Origin: Spirochaetota bacterium
GTDB lineage: Bacteria > Spirochaetota > Spirochaetia > Treponematales > UBA12059
DNA: 64,000 nucleotides
NCBI GenBank assembly: GCA_022703505.1
Contig: JAKLDN010000008.1
Coordinates: 158,422-222,421 of the forward strand
Direction: 5' to 3'
Both the position numbers and the translations under genes were made by a program. The notes beneath the pieces are model-generated. The model had not been told where the DNA came from, did not search any database, and was given only the letters and a program-made list of their open reading frames with translations. Position 1 is the stretch's first letter, and every line of letters starts with the position of its first letter. Positions 9,272-23,064 of this stretch are shown here, piece by piece.

Positions 9272-9700
9272 TCAGGCCGACTCCGCGTCCTTCCCTTCCG
9301 CGTCGGGCGCCTCGGCGGCCGCCCGGGCCGCGCCCTCCGGTGTCGGCAGCAGGGCCACCCAGAGACTCCCGCAGGCCGCCGCCGACACGACCAGGATCTT
9401 GACCCAAGCCGGGGGTATGGCCAGGGCGCCCAGGCTCGCGAAGGTCATCATCGCGGCGATGGAGATGATCTTGCCCCGGGCCCGGATCCTGCCCTCCTCC
9501 ACGAAGAGCTTGACCCCCGGACCGAAGCGCCTGTGGGAGACGATCTTCTCGTACATGCGCCGGTTGGTGCGCAGGAAGGCCAGGCCCGCAAGGATCCAGA
9601 AAATCGTGGTGGGGAGGCCGGGCAGGAAAATTCCAACCCAGCCCAGGCCGAAGGCCAGGAAGCCGGCGGCCATCAAGATCCGTCGCTTTCCTTCGTTCAT
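9272..9700 (-). CDS. YbaN/DUF454-family inner membrane protein
   Basis: ILMAAGFLAFGLGWVGIFLPGLPTT...LRTNRR signature. GGAGGGG RBS before the MNEGKRR start. Confidence 0.65.
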   Translation of the reverse strand: MNEGKRRILMAAGFLAFGLGWVGIFLPGLPTTIFWILAGLAFLRTNRRMYEKIVSHRRFGPGVKLFVEEGRIRARGKIISIAAMMTFASLGALAIPPAWVKILVVSAAACGSLWVALLPTPEGAARAAAEAPDAEGKDAESA

Positions 9701-9829
9701 CCGCCCCTCCCCGCTTCGGTACCACGCTACCACTCCGGCCGCCCCGGAGTCCAGGGCCGGTCTCCGGCGGGCCGCCCGGAAGGCCGTTCGGCCGATCCGG
9801 ACAGCCGCCGCGTAGGCGCGGCGCCCCCG

Positions 9830-14655
<4,826 letters not shown>

Positions 14656-14772
14656 GAATATCCCCTTCCGGGGACGCCGGCCCGGGGCGGACCGGATGAT
14701 CGACGCTCTGGAATCGGGCATTTGACAGTAACCCTGTTCAGGTTTATCCTGGAAATTCGAGAGGGGGGCGAT

Positions 14773-15219
14773 ATGGAAGGCAAGACCAGGATCGGTATCA
14801 TCATCTGCGACCGGTACCGCAGCTGCGCGGGGGGCAAGTGCTTTCGCTCCCTGAGGAACCGGGAGGGAGCCTTCTCCCGCTACAAGGACCGGGAGGCCGA
14901 ACTGGTCGGATACACGAGCTGCGGTGGCTGTCCCGGCGGCAACATCGAGTACGCCGGCGAGGAGATGGTCAAGAACGGGGCCACGGTCATCCACCTGGCC
15001 ACCGGCCTGGTCGTCGGCTATCCCCCCTGCCCGAACATCGATTATTTCGCCAAGTTCCTCCGGGAACGGTACAAGGTCGAGGTCGTCGTAGGCACCCACC
15101 CGATACCCACCAAGTACCTGGACATGCACACCAAGCTGGGCACCTGGAACGCCCCGGAATGGAAACCCCGGATCCAGCCCACCCTCTCGGACCTCGCGAC
15201 CCGGGACGCGTACAACTGA
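14773..15219 (+). CDS. CGGC-domain protein
   Basis: CDRYRSCAGGKC...CGGCPG cysteine signature. GAGAGGGGGG RBS. TTGACA-17-TATCCT promoter candidate upstream. Confidence 0.6.
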   Translation: MEGKTRIGIIICDRYRSCAGGKCFRSLRNREGAFSRYKDREAELVGYTSCGGCPGGNIEYAGEEMVKNGATVIHLATGLVVGYPPCPNIDYFAKFLRERYKVEVVVGTHPIPTKYLDMHTKLGTWNAPEWKPRIQPTLSDLATRDAYN

Positions 15220-15256
15220 GCATTCGGCGATCCGCGGTCTCCGTGCTCTGGTAGGC

Positions 15257-15286
15257 TTGACGTATTATAAGCATATGCCTATAATA
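15257..15286 (+). promoter_or_regulatory. Consensus sigma-70 promoter (TTGACG-17-TATAAT) with an embedded 24-bp near-palindrome operator
   Basis: TTGACG at 15257-15262, TATAAT at 15280-15285. The spacer and -10 form TATTATAAGCATATGCCTATAATA (one mismatched pair). 7-bp GC hairpin at 15320-15336 in the leader. Confidence 0.6.
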
Positions 15287-15364
15287 TCCCTAGAAAGATT
15301 TTGAGCTTTGCCTTTTTCTCCGCGCCGTAGGCGCGGATACTCCACCAATCACGAGGAGGCGGAT

Positions 15365-15721
15365 ATGCCTTGTATGGATGGAACGGGACCGGCCGGCACC
15401 GGTCCGGTGACGGGCAGGGGCCTCGGGGCCTGCGCGGGCGGCCGCGGAGCGGGATGGGGATACGGCCCGGGTTTGGGCAGAGGAATCTGCCGTGGATTCG
15501 AACCGGGCCGGGGTCCGGGTTTTGGATCGGGATTCGGCAGGGGGTCGGGTCGAAGGATGGGATGGTTCTCCGTAGGGTACGGACAGGCCGGCGGGGGGCC
15601 GGCGACTAACGTCAAGAGCGTGCTGGAAGAACGACGCGGCTTTCTCCGGGCGGAACTCGAGAGGACCGAAGACCTCCTGAAAAAGGCCCCGGCCGCTCCT
15701 GGGGAAGACAAGGATGCGTGA
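15365..15721 (+). CDS. Glycine-rich DUF5320-like protein with C-terminal coiled coil
   Basis: MPCMDGTGPAGTGPVTGRGLGACAGGRGAGWGYGPG.. then KSVLEERRGFLRAELERTEDLLKK. GAGGAGG RBS. Confidence 0.5.
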   Translation: MPCMDGTGPAGTGPVTGRGLGACAGGRGAGWGYGPGLGRGICRGFEPGRGPGFGSGFGRGSGRRMGWFSVGYGQAGGGPATNVKSVLEERRGFLRAELERTEDLLKKAPAAPGEDKDA

Positions 15722-15798
15722 TACTCCTTGCGGAACCGTCCAAAACATCGGACAATGGGCCCGGCGCGCGGGGCCGCGAGGCCGCGCCGGGAGGCATC

Positions 15799-16797
15799 AT
15801 GCTGGTTCCGAAGATCAAGAAACTCTACGACATCGATCCCCGGTCCTGGGAGCATCCCGCGGATAAGGCGGCCCTGGCGGCCCTGCGGTCCCTGAAGGGT
15901 CTGGACGAACTCGTCTCCACGATCCTGTCCGTCACGACGGAGAAATCCCTGCGCCTCATGCACCTGGCCTCCGCGATCAAGGTCACCGAGCGCCAGTACC
16001 CCCGGATCTTCCGCCTGACGGCCGAGGTGACGGACACCTTCGACTGGCCGTACACGCCGACCGTGTTCGTCAAGCAGAGCGTGGAGTACAACGCGGGAGT
16101 CCTGGGGGCCAAGGAACCCTTCGTCGTCCTGAACTCCTACCTCCTTCGAAACTTCGACGAGACCGAGGTCAAGGCCATCCTGGCCCACGAGCTGGGCCAC
16201 ATCATGAGCGGCCACGCCCCGTACAAGACCCTCATCTGGATGCTGGCCCGCATCTCCCCCTACCTGCTCGGCCTGCCCAAGATCGTGCTCATCCCGATCT
16301 TCGCGGCCCTGTACGAATGGGACCGCAAGAGCGAGCTGACCGCGGACCGGGCGGAGGTCCTGGCCCTCCAGGACGACGGCCCTTCCCTGAACGCCTTGAT
16401 GCGCATGGCGGGCGGGGAGGACCTGTCCGAGGTGGACATCAACGAGTTCTTCCTGCAGGCCCGGGAGTTCGACGAGCAGAAATCCCTCCTGGACTCGGTA
16501 CACAAGCTGCTGAACCAGCTCTGGCAATCCCACCCCTTCCCGGTGGAGCGGATCCAGGAGCTGCGCACCTGGTCCGCCTCCGGGGCCTTCAAGGCCATCC
16601 TGGACGGCAACTACCTGAAGCGGGGATTCTCCGCCGAGACCCCCGAGGAGGACATCAAGGCGGGGTTCGACTTCTACAAGCGGGACATGGAGGATTCCGA
16701 GGATCCCCTGACCCGCCTTGCCTCGAACCTGGGCAAGGGGATCGAGAAGGCCGCGGGCAACCTGGAGGACGCCTTCAAGGAGCTGTTCAAACCGTAG
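15799..16797 (+). CDS. M48-family zinc metallopeptidase (HtpX-like, soluble)
   Basis: HELGHIMSGH HExxH motif with downstream ELTADRA. GGGAGG RBS at the MLVPKIKK start. Confidence 0.8.
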   Translation: MLVPKIKKLYDIDPRSWEHPADKAALAALRSLKGLDELVSTILSVTTEKSLRLMHLASAIKVTERQYPRIFRLTAEVTDTFDWPYTPTVFVKQSVEYNAGVLGAKEPFVVLNSYLLRNFDETEVKAILAHELGHIMSGHAPYKTLIWMLARISPYLLGLPKIVLIPIFAALYEWDRKSELTADRAEVLALQDDGPSLNALMRMAGGEDLSEVDINEFFLQAREFDEQKSLLDSVHKLLNQLWQSHPFPVERIQELRTWSASGAFKAILDGNYLKRGFSAETPEEDIKAGFDFYKRDMEDSEDPLTRLASNLGKGIEKAAGNLEDAFKELFKP

Positions 16798-16865
16798 CCC
16801 GACTTCGGACGGCGTGGCCGCGGCGAGTCGGCGCCGGCCCGCTGCCCGCGCCGGAACCGGTCCGC

Positions 16866-18095
16866 CTAGTCCAAGTCCCCCGCGTCCAGGCGATCCGCCA
16901 GGCGGACGCCCACCGCCAGGGCCAACTCAACGGCGGCGGGTTCCACCGCGGACAGGTCGTCCTTGGGGGTGTGGTAGCCCCCGGAGCGCTCCTCGTTGGA
17001 CCACTTCATGGCGATCAGGGTGGTGGCCCGGGCCCCCGCCTTGGCGGTCTCCGCGGCGTCCGTCCCACCCGTCAGGAAGGCGATGGGCTCCACCGCGGCC
17101 GGCACCCCAGCCTCCCGGGCAGCGGCCGCGCAGGCTTCCGCCAGAGGAACCGATAGCTTCACGGAGCCGTTGATGTCGCTGGTCAGGAAGCGGGCGTCCG
17201 CGGCCTTGTAGACGCAGTCCATGTTGTAGTGCCAGGTCGGAAGCCCCGCGATCTCGGCGGCATGGGCTTTGGCCCAGGCCCGGGCCCCCCGGAGCCCCGC
17301 CTCCTCGGCGTCGAAGCTGACGAACAGAAGGCGGGTACCGACCAGGCCCCGGCCCGCGTCCCGGCGGGTCCGGAACTCCCGCAGGAGCTCCAGGGCGATC
17401 GCGGAGGCCGCCAGGTTGTCCCCCGCCCCGGGAGTGCCCTCGGAGCCCGCGAAGTTCCACAGGGGAGCCACCAGGAGGAAGTCGAGGCAGAAGGATATCG
17501 TCACCGCCGCCCTCACCCAGGGTCCCGGTGCCAGGACCGCGACGGCCAGGGAGACGATCCAGAGCACCGCGAAGGAGCCGATGCCGCCGTATACGCGCAG
17601 GGAGTACTTCTCGGGCTTGTCGATGTAAAAGTTGAAGACCCGGGCGGAGTCGTGGTGGCCGCTCACGATGAGCTGGCGCTTCGCGGGCCCGGCGGGCTCC
17701 AGCACCGCGGTCACGTTCCGCCCCGTGCGGCCCGGGAAGAAGGGGTCCAGCACTTCCCGGTACAGGAAGAACCCGAAGATCAGGATGCCGATGCCCGCTG
17801 TCATGAGGACCGCCGAGAGGGCGGGGGCGAAGAAGAGGGCCGGGGCGGAGACCAGGTACAGGACCACGAGCACCCGGATGAAGCCCAGGAAGGCCCCCGG
17901 GTGGACCCGGAAGTCCTCGGCCCAGGCCTTGTCGGCCGCGCCCCGCGCCTCCGCCAGGAGGGCGTCCGCACAGCCCAGGGACGCCTCGCTCCCGGCCAGC
18001 CGCGGCCCGAAGCGTTCGATGAGCTTTCCCGTCAGTTCCAGCGCGGCCTTCGCCCTCGTATTACGCATAGTCATCCTCCCCGCATCAGTATGCAC
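16866..18095 (-). CDS. M28-family peptidase with an internal multi-TM insertion
   Basis: M28 aminopeptidase-like blocks (SGHHDS, FVSFDAEEAGLRGA) interrupted by about 4 hydrophobic helices. Start ambiguous (alternative at 18074). Confidence 0.65.
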   Translation of the reverse strand: MHTDAGRMTMRNTRAKAALELTGKLIERFGPRLAGSEASLGCADALLAEARGAADKAWAEDFRVHPGAFLGFIRVLVVLYLVSAPALFFAPALSAVLMTAGIGILIFGFFLYREVLDPFFPGRTGRNVTAVLEPAGPAKRQLIVSGHHDSARVFNFYIDKPEKYSLRVYGGIGSFAVLWIVSLAVAVLAPGPWVRAAVTISFCLDFLLVAPLWNFAGSEGTPGAGDNLAASAIALELLREFRTRRDAGRGLVGTRLLFVSFDAEEAGLRGARAWAKAHAAEIAGLPTWHYNMDCVYKAADARFLTSDINGSVKLSVPLAEACAAAAREAGVPAAVEPIAFLTGGTDAAETAKAGARATTLIAMKWSNEERSGGYHTPKDDLSAVEPAAVELALAVGVRLADRLDAGDLD

Positions 18096-18178
18096 GGGAG
18101 GGAATCAAAACGGAAGACTGTTCGGGATCCGAACCTCGGGGAGGGGCGGCGCCCGCGCCCCTCCCCGGGGGGGTTCGA

Positions 18179-19561
18179 TCAGAAGCGGCTCTCCACTCCG
18201 TCGATGAAGGTGAACCCTGCAAGCAGGGCCGTCGGGTACGCGAAGAGGTGCACGTCCGCGAGATTCACCAAAGCCTCCGGCAGGGGCACGGGAGGCACGA
18301 AAATAGGCGGAAGCACGTTCGGCAGGAACTTGAAGGCCTCGTACGCCGCCAGGGTGTTCTCCACGGGCACGATGCCGTCCTCGGGGGAATGGATCATCTG
18401 CAGGATCATGCCGGGAATCCATCCCGTCCGGAACGCCGTGTTTTTAAGCAGCCGCCCGAATACGGTGCCGGTGCCGGCCGCGAGTTCAGCCGCCAGGGTG
18501 TCCGTGATGAGTTCCCGTAGCACTTTGGAGGGCATCGCCGCGGACACCTCCGCCCCGGAGTACGCGCCGCCGAACAGGGTGTCCAGGATTCCCGGGAGGG
18601 GCGGCTTCAATAGGGCGGCGTAATCCCAGGCTGCGGGCTCCACGTTCCGGTAGACCGAGGCGTAGCCGAAGACCGTATAGGGGATGTAGTAGGGAACCGG
18701 CGCCTCCTCCCCGGAGAGGACTTCCCGGACCATCGTACCCGAAAGGTCGTAGGAGCCCGCGCAGGGCACCGCGGCGGTCACGTGCATGCCCGTTTCCTGC
18801 ATGCGCTTGGCCGCGGCCATCGTGGCGAATCCGCCCTCGGAATAGCCGATGAGATACAACCGGTTGTTGGCGCGGGCCGCTCCCCAGAGGGTGGCGAGCA
18901 CCGTCCGGGCCCGGCCGACCAGGACGCGGACGGACTCGCCCAGGGAAAGGTGGACATAGGGGTGCGGAGCCCGGCTGTCGCCGAATCCCGGATAATCGGG
19001 CATCACCACGATGTACCCCGCCGAGGCCATCAGGGCGCCGGCCACGCACTCCACGTAGTTCTGGAAAGCCCCCGAGACGTCCCGACTCGAGAGGACGGAC
19101 AGGGGGTTCGAGTTGAACCGGGACGGGGCGTTCTCCCAGTACACCCGCGTCCCGTGCTGGTAGGCGATGATCGGGACCGAGAGGGTCCTGCCCAGGCTGA
19201 CGGGCACCCACATGAGCCCGCTCTGTCCCCCGGTTTTCAACTTGACGGGCATCACCAGGTACGGACTGTTCGAGGCGGCCGCGGCCGCACAGGAAGCCAG
19301 GGCGTCCTTGATGCCCGAGAGGTACCCCGACAACTCGTCGGCGGTGAAATACCCGCCCGTCGGTTTGGGTATGGACGAGGCGCCGAACAGCGCCTTGCTT
19401 TGTACGGCCCCCAGGGCGTCGAGATCGGCAAGGAGCTCGTCCACGGAAACCGCGGACTCCTCCGGGGACGCCTTGGGTTCCACGACCTGGGCGCATCCCA
19501 GGACCAGCAGGGACAGGAGGACAGCGCAGACTGCCCCCCAGCGGGGAAACGTTCCACTCAT
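18179..19561 (-). CDS. Secreted lipoprotein, alpha/beta-hydrolase (lipase/esterase-like)
   Basis: Signal peptide with lipobox LVLGC. GYSEGG (GxSxG) nucleophile elbow. GGGGAGGAA RBS. Confidence 0.75.
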   Translation of the reverse strand: MSGTFPRWGAVCAVLLSLLVLGCAQVVEPKASPEESAVSVDELLADLDALGAVQSKALFGASSIPKPTGGYFTADELSGYLSGIKDALASCAAAAASNSPYLVMPVKLKTGGQSGLMWVPVSLGRTLSVPIIAYQHGTRVYWENAPSRFNSNPLSVLSSRDVSGAFQNYVECVAGALMASAGYIVVMPDYPGFGDSRAPHPYVHLSLGESVRVLVGRARTVLATLWGAARANNRLYLIGYSEGGFATMAAAKRMQETGMHVTAAVPCAGSYDLSGTMVREVLSGEEAPVPYYIPYTVFGYASVYRNVEPAAWDYAALLKPPLPGILDTLFGGAYSGAEVSAAMPSKVLRELITDTLAAELAAGTGTVFGRLLKNTAFRTGWIPGMILQMIHSPEDGIVPVENTLAAYEAFKFLPNVLPPIFVPPVPLPEALVNLADVHLFAYPTALLAGFTFIDGVESRF

Positions 19562-19821
19562 GATTTCCTCCCCGGCGCGGCGCGTGCGGCCGCGCCGATA
19601 CAGCGAACCCGCCGCCGAAGCCGGGTAGCGGTTCGGCGGTCCATCGTCGCTAGGATGTCGTTTGGGTGGTACACTATCGGGCGGCGGCCGAGTCGATGCC
19701 GGGGAAGGTTCCGGACGCCGAACGGTTCGGGGGCACCGGCGATTCAAGCATAGTGCCGGCCCGCCGGATTCGCAAGCGCCGGGAACCCCGGAGGCCGACC
19801 AAGATCGCTTGGAGGGACGGC

Positions 19822-20511
19822 ATGAAGACCATCGGACTGATCGGAGGCATGAGCTGGGAATCCTCGGGGGTCTACTACACCCTGATCAACCGGGAGGTGC
19901 GGCGGCGGCTGGGAAAAAGCCATTCCGCGTCCTGCGTGATGTGGTCCTTCGACTTCCAGGAGATCGAGGAGCTCCAGTACGCCGGGGACTGGGAGGCCCT
20001 GCGCAAGCGCATGTTCCAGGCGGGCAGGGGCCTCGCGGCCGCTGGGGCGGACTTCGCGGTCCTGTGCACGAACACGATGCACAAGGTCATGGAGGGTTTC
20101 GAGGCCGCCGCGGGCATCCCCTACCTGCACATCGTGGACGCCGCAGGGGAGGCCCTGGCCGCGGACGGCCCGGGCACGGTCGGCCTCCTGGGCACGAAGT
20201 TCACCATGGAGGGAGGCTTCTACGCGGACCGGCTCCGGGACCGCTTCGGCCTTACGGTCCTGGTACCGGAGGCGGAGGACCGGGCAGCGGTGAACGACGT
20301 CATCTACGGGGAGCTCGTCCGGGGTGAGATCCGGGAGGAGTCCCGGACTCGCTACGCCGAGGTCATCGACCGCCTGGCCGACCGGGGGGCCCGGGGGATC
20401 GTGCTGGGCTGTACGGAGATCGGCCTCCTGATCCGGGAGCACCCCCGGGTGCCGCTCTACGACACCACGGTCCTCCACGCCCGGGCCGCGGTGGATCGGG
20501 CGCTGGGGTAG
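19822..20511 (+). CDS. Asp/Glu/hydantoin racemase-family protein (aspartate racemase-like)
   Basis: MKTIGLIGGMSWESS N-terminus and conserved LCTNTMH and LGCTE cysteine motifs. Confidence 0.8.
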   Translation: MKTIGLIGGMSWESSGVYYTLINREVRRRLGKSHSASCVMWSFDFQEIEELQYAGDWEALRKRMFQAGRGLAAAGADFAVLCTNTMHKVMEGFEAAAGIPYLHIVDAAGEALAADGPGTVGLLGTKFTMEGGFYADRLRDRFGLTVLVPEAEDRAAVNDVIYGELVRGEIREESRTRYAEVIDRLADRGARGIVLGCTEIGLLIREHPRVPLYDTTVLHARAAVDRALG

Positions 20512-20529
20512 GAGGATTCTCCGCCTACC

Positions 20530-20961
20530 CTACTTCCCCGCCAGATAATCCCGAAGGCTGATCCCCAGCACGGCTTCCCAGCCCGCACGGTAGTCGGCAA
20601 TCGTGTCCGGATCGATCCGGCCCAGGATGTCGTGGACCAGGCGGAGCCGGGTGCCGGTTCCGTCGGGATCCAGGGTGTACTCCATGGAGGCGGCGACCGC
20701 CCCGTCCATGCCCATGGGGCCGTCCAGGATCAGGGTCTCCGGCGGATCGAGGTGGCGGACCACGGCGTAGACGGCGCCCCCGCCGGACCAGGACTCCCCG
20801 AAGGCGCCGCCCGGGCGCGGATCCAGGCCGACTTTGGAGCCCTCCCGGAAGGCGTGGGACCACCAGGCGCCGATGCCCCGGGTGAGGGCCTCGAAGACCC
20901 GCTCCGGTGCGGCGTCGAACCGGAATTCAAGCTCGATCGTGTCGTGGACTAGGTCTTTCAT
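20530..20961 (-). CDS. SRPBCC/AHSA1-like domain protein
   Basis: 143 aa with typical START/Bet v1-like composition (APERVFEALT..WW). Confidence 0.6.
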   Translation of the reverse strand: MKDLVHDTIELEFRFDAAPERVFEALTRGIGAWWSHAFREGSKVGLDPRPGGAFGESWSGGGAVYAVVRHLDPPETLILDGPMGMDGAVAASMEYTLDPDGTGTRLRLVHDILGRIDPDTIADYRAGWEAVLGISLRDYLAGK

Positions 20962-20988
20962 GGAACCTCCGGCGCCTTCGCCCCGGGC

Positions 20989-21534
20989 CTAGTTCGACTC
21001 GTCCATCACCTTGTAGAGGGCGTCATACCGGGCCCGGACCAGCTTCAGCTCGGCCTCGTTCACTTTCGCCTCCTCAGGCAGGGCCAGGACGCTCTTCTTG
21101 GCTTCCTCGAGACCCTGGATCGCCTGGGCCTTGTCCGCGGGGGACAGGGACGGATTCGCCCGGATCTGGGCTATGGCCTCGTCGAACTGCTTGATCATAT
21201 CCGGATTCTGACGCTCGAAGGTGACGTAGGCGGCCAGCATGAAGGCCGTGCCCGCAACGTAGCTGAACCGCGCCAGGGTCCAGCCCTTGCCCTTCAGGAA
21301 GGCTTCCAGGTCCGCCCCCGCCATCATCGCGGCGAAGGCGCCGGGCCCCGCGGACTCGGCGGCGTCCAGCTGGCGGCCCTTGGCCTCCATCCACTGGACC
21401 ACCGAGGGCCAGTCGGCGATGAGCTTGGCCAGCTCCCGGTCCGTGAAGGGGGCGTCGGCGGACTGCGCCAGGACGGGGGCGCAGAGGGACAGGGCGAGGA
21501 GGAGGGCGGCGACAAGCCGGTTGATTGCTTTCAT
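20989..21534 (-). CDS. Secreted hypothetical protein (paralog 1)
   Basis: Signal peptide MKAINRLVAALLLALSLCAPVLA. Shares the DAPFTDxELAxxIxDWPxVxxW block with the next gene. Confidence 0.55.
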   Translation of the reverse strand: MKAINRLVAALLLALSLCAPVLAQSADAPFTDRELAKLIADWPSVVQWMEAKGRQLDAAESAGPGAFAAMMAGADLEAFLKGKGWTLARFSYVAGTAFMLAAYVTFERQNPDMIKQFDEAIAQIRANPSLSPADKAQAIQGLEEAKKSVLALPEEAKVNEAELKLVRARYDALYKVMDESN

Positions 21535-21613
21535 GGGAGAAAGTATAGCACGCTCCGTCAAGGACGGAAGGCAGGACGCGGACCGATGGCTCCGGCAGTC
21601 CACGGGAGTGTAT

Positions 21614-22021
21614 CTAATCCCCCGCCTTCCTGCGGGCTTCCGCGATCTCGCCCAGGCGCGTCTTCACGAGCTCGTACTCCTGTGGATCCCGGGCTCCTCC
21701 CGGATCGTCCGCTTCCACAAGGAGGCATAACCGGAAGACCGAACCCGCCATGTACCGGAACCGCTCCGAAGTCCAGTAGAATCGCCGCTTGAGTCGAGCC
21801 TCGAACTCGGATCCCTGGAACAATTCCGCAGCGGAGCGCTCCGGGTTCTCGTAATCGAACTTTCCTCCTCCAAGATGAATCCACTCCATTACGGGGTACC
21901 AGTCGTGGATAAATCGTGCGAGTTCCCAGTCGGTGAAGGGGGCGTCCTGGGTCTGGGATACGGCGGGAAAGGCGGACAGGGCTACGAGAACTATTAAAGG
22001 GAGTGTTTTTGAGCTTTTCAT
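21614..22021 (-). CDS. Secreted hypothetical protein (paralog 2)
   Basis: Signal peptide followed by QDAPFTDWELARFIHDWYPVMEW. Tandem paralog of 20989-21534. Confidence 0.55.
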   Translation of the reverse strand: MKSSKTLPLIVLVALSAFPAVSQTQDAPFTDWELARFIHDWYPVMEWIHLGGGKFDYENPERSAAELFQGSEFEARLKRRFYWTSERFRYMAGSVFRLCLLVEADDPGGARDPQEYELVKTRLGEIAEARRKAGD

Positions 22022-22198
22022 ACCAAGATTCTAGACCCGCTCGCCTCGCTTGTAAAACGACTTTTATGAAAATCTAGACCTTGGAACGCGCCCACTTCCA
22101 CAAGCCCCAGGCGGCCATGCCCAGGAGCACGACGTACTGGGCCGAGACGAAGCGGACGTCCACCGGATAACGCCGAAAGAGGGCTAGGCCCGGGGAGC

Positions 22199-22627
22199 TC
22201 AGTAAAGCAGTTCGACCCGGAGGCCCGGAAACCGTTGGAAATCCCGATCTCCCGTGACGATCACCGCGTCCTGTTCCAGACACAGGGCGGCCAGGTGGGC
22301 GTCCGTCGTGAGGTTGCCCCCCGTACCCGAGGCGAGCAGGAGGTGCCCCAGTATCCCGAGATGGGCCTTTCCGGGATCCAGGATACGGACCGACGGCCGG
22401 GCCGCCAGGTCCCGGATCCACTCCAGGGCCTGTTCAATGGATAAAGGCCGCGGGAAGACACGGCTCGAGGTCGTGAGCCGGAGGAACCCGAGGATCACGG
22501 CCCAGGGAAGTCCGATCTCCTCCGTTCCCCCGTTCACCTCCTCCTTCAGCCACGCCTCCGCCCGCTCGTGGCGGGCCGAGCCCGCGTCGACGGCGTACAG
22601 CAGGACGTTCAGGTCCGGGATGATCAC
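22199..22627 (-). CDS. vapC: PIN-domain toxin VapC
   Basis: MIIPDLNVLLYA...D..D acidic PIN residues. 4-nt overlap with the upstream antitoxin. Confidence 0.8.
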   Translation of the reverse strand: MIIPDLNVLLYAVDAGSARHERAEAWLKEEVNGGTEEIGLPWAVILGFLRLTTSSRVFPRPLSIEQALEWIRDLAARPSVRILDPGKAHLGILGHLLLASGTGGNLTTDAHLAALCLEQDAVIVTGDRDFQRFPGLRVELLY

Positions 22628-22881
22628 TTGCGCAGGTCCCGCTTGGCGATCGCGGCGTCGGCCTCCAGGCTATCCGCGACCTCCCAGGCCTTGTCGAGGT
22701 CCGCGGCGGGAGTCCCCATCCGGTAGGAAACGGGCTTCCACGGGGATCGGCCGACCGGGTCGCGCCCCAGGCCCTTTGCCAGGGTACGGTTCACCTCGTC
22801 CTTGAGGGTCGTCGAGTCCCGGGCCGCCCGGTCCTGTAGCTCGCGCATCAATATGTCCGAAATATCGATCGTAGTGCGCAT
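22624..22881 (-). CDS. vapB: VapB-type antitoxin
   Basis: 85-aa ORF overlapping the VapC start by ATGA. Typical type II TA layout. Confidence 0.6.
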   Translation of the reverse strand: MRTTIDISDILMRELQDRAARDSTTLKDEVNRTLAKGLGRDPVGRSPWKPVSYRMGTPAADLDKAWEVADSLEADAAIAKRDLRK

Positions 22882-22983
22882 ATGGACATCATACTGCTAT
22901 ATCCCGCCGGGGTCAATATTTCGGGTCCGAATCCGCCCACACGAGTCTTTAACCGGCCGCAAACGATTTTTCTGATTTTTCAT

Positions 22984-23017
22984 TGACGTCGCGTACATAG
23001 TGTAGTATATACACTAT
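22984..23017 (+). promoter_or_regulatory. Sigma-70-like promoter (TTGACG-16-TATATA) overlapping a 21-bp palindrome ATAGTGTA-GTATA-TACACTAT
   Basis: -35 at 22984-22989. Palindrome at 22997-23017 covers the -10. Lies 48 nt upstream of the sirtuin start. Confidence 0.55.
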
Positions 23018-23064
23018 TAGATGACCCGCGGCCGATCCTCGTGACCGGCTTCGAGGAGGAAACC

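Noticed and set aside
15349-16533. 394-aa minus-strand ORF across the DUF5320 and M48 genes
   Set aside because: Low-complexity Pro/Gly composition. It is antisense to two genes with clear motifs and RBSs.
22028-22198. TCTAGACC direct repeats and a possible small ORF ending at 22074
   Set aside because: Short repeats (8 bp) of uncertain significance. The 115-aa ORF overlaps vapC in another frame and looks artefactual apart from a hydrophobic tail.
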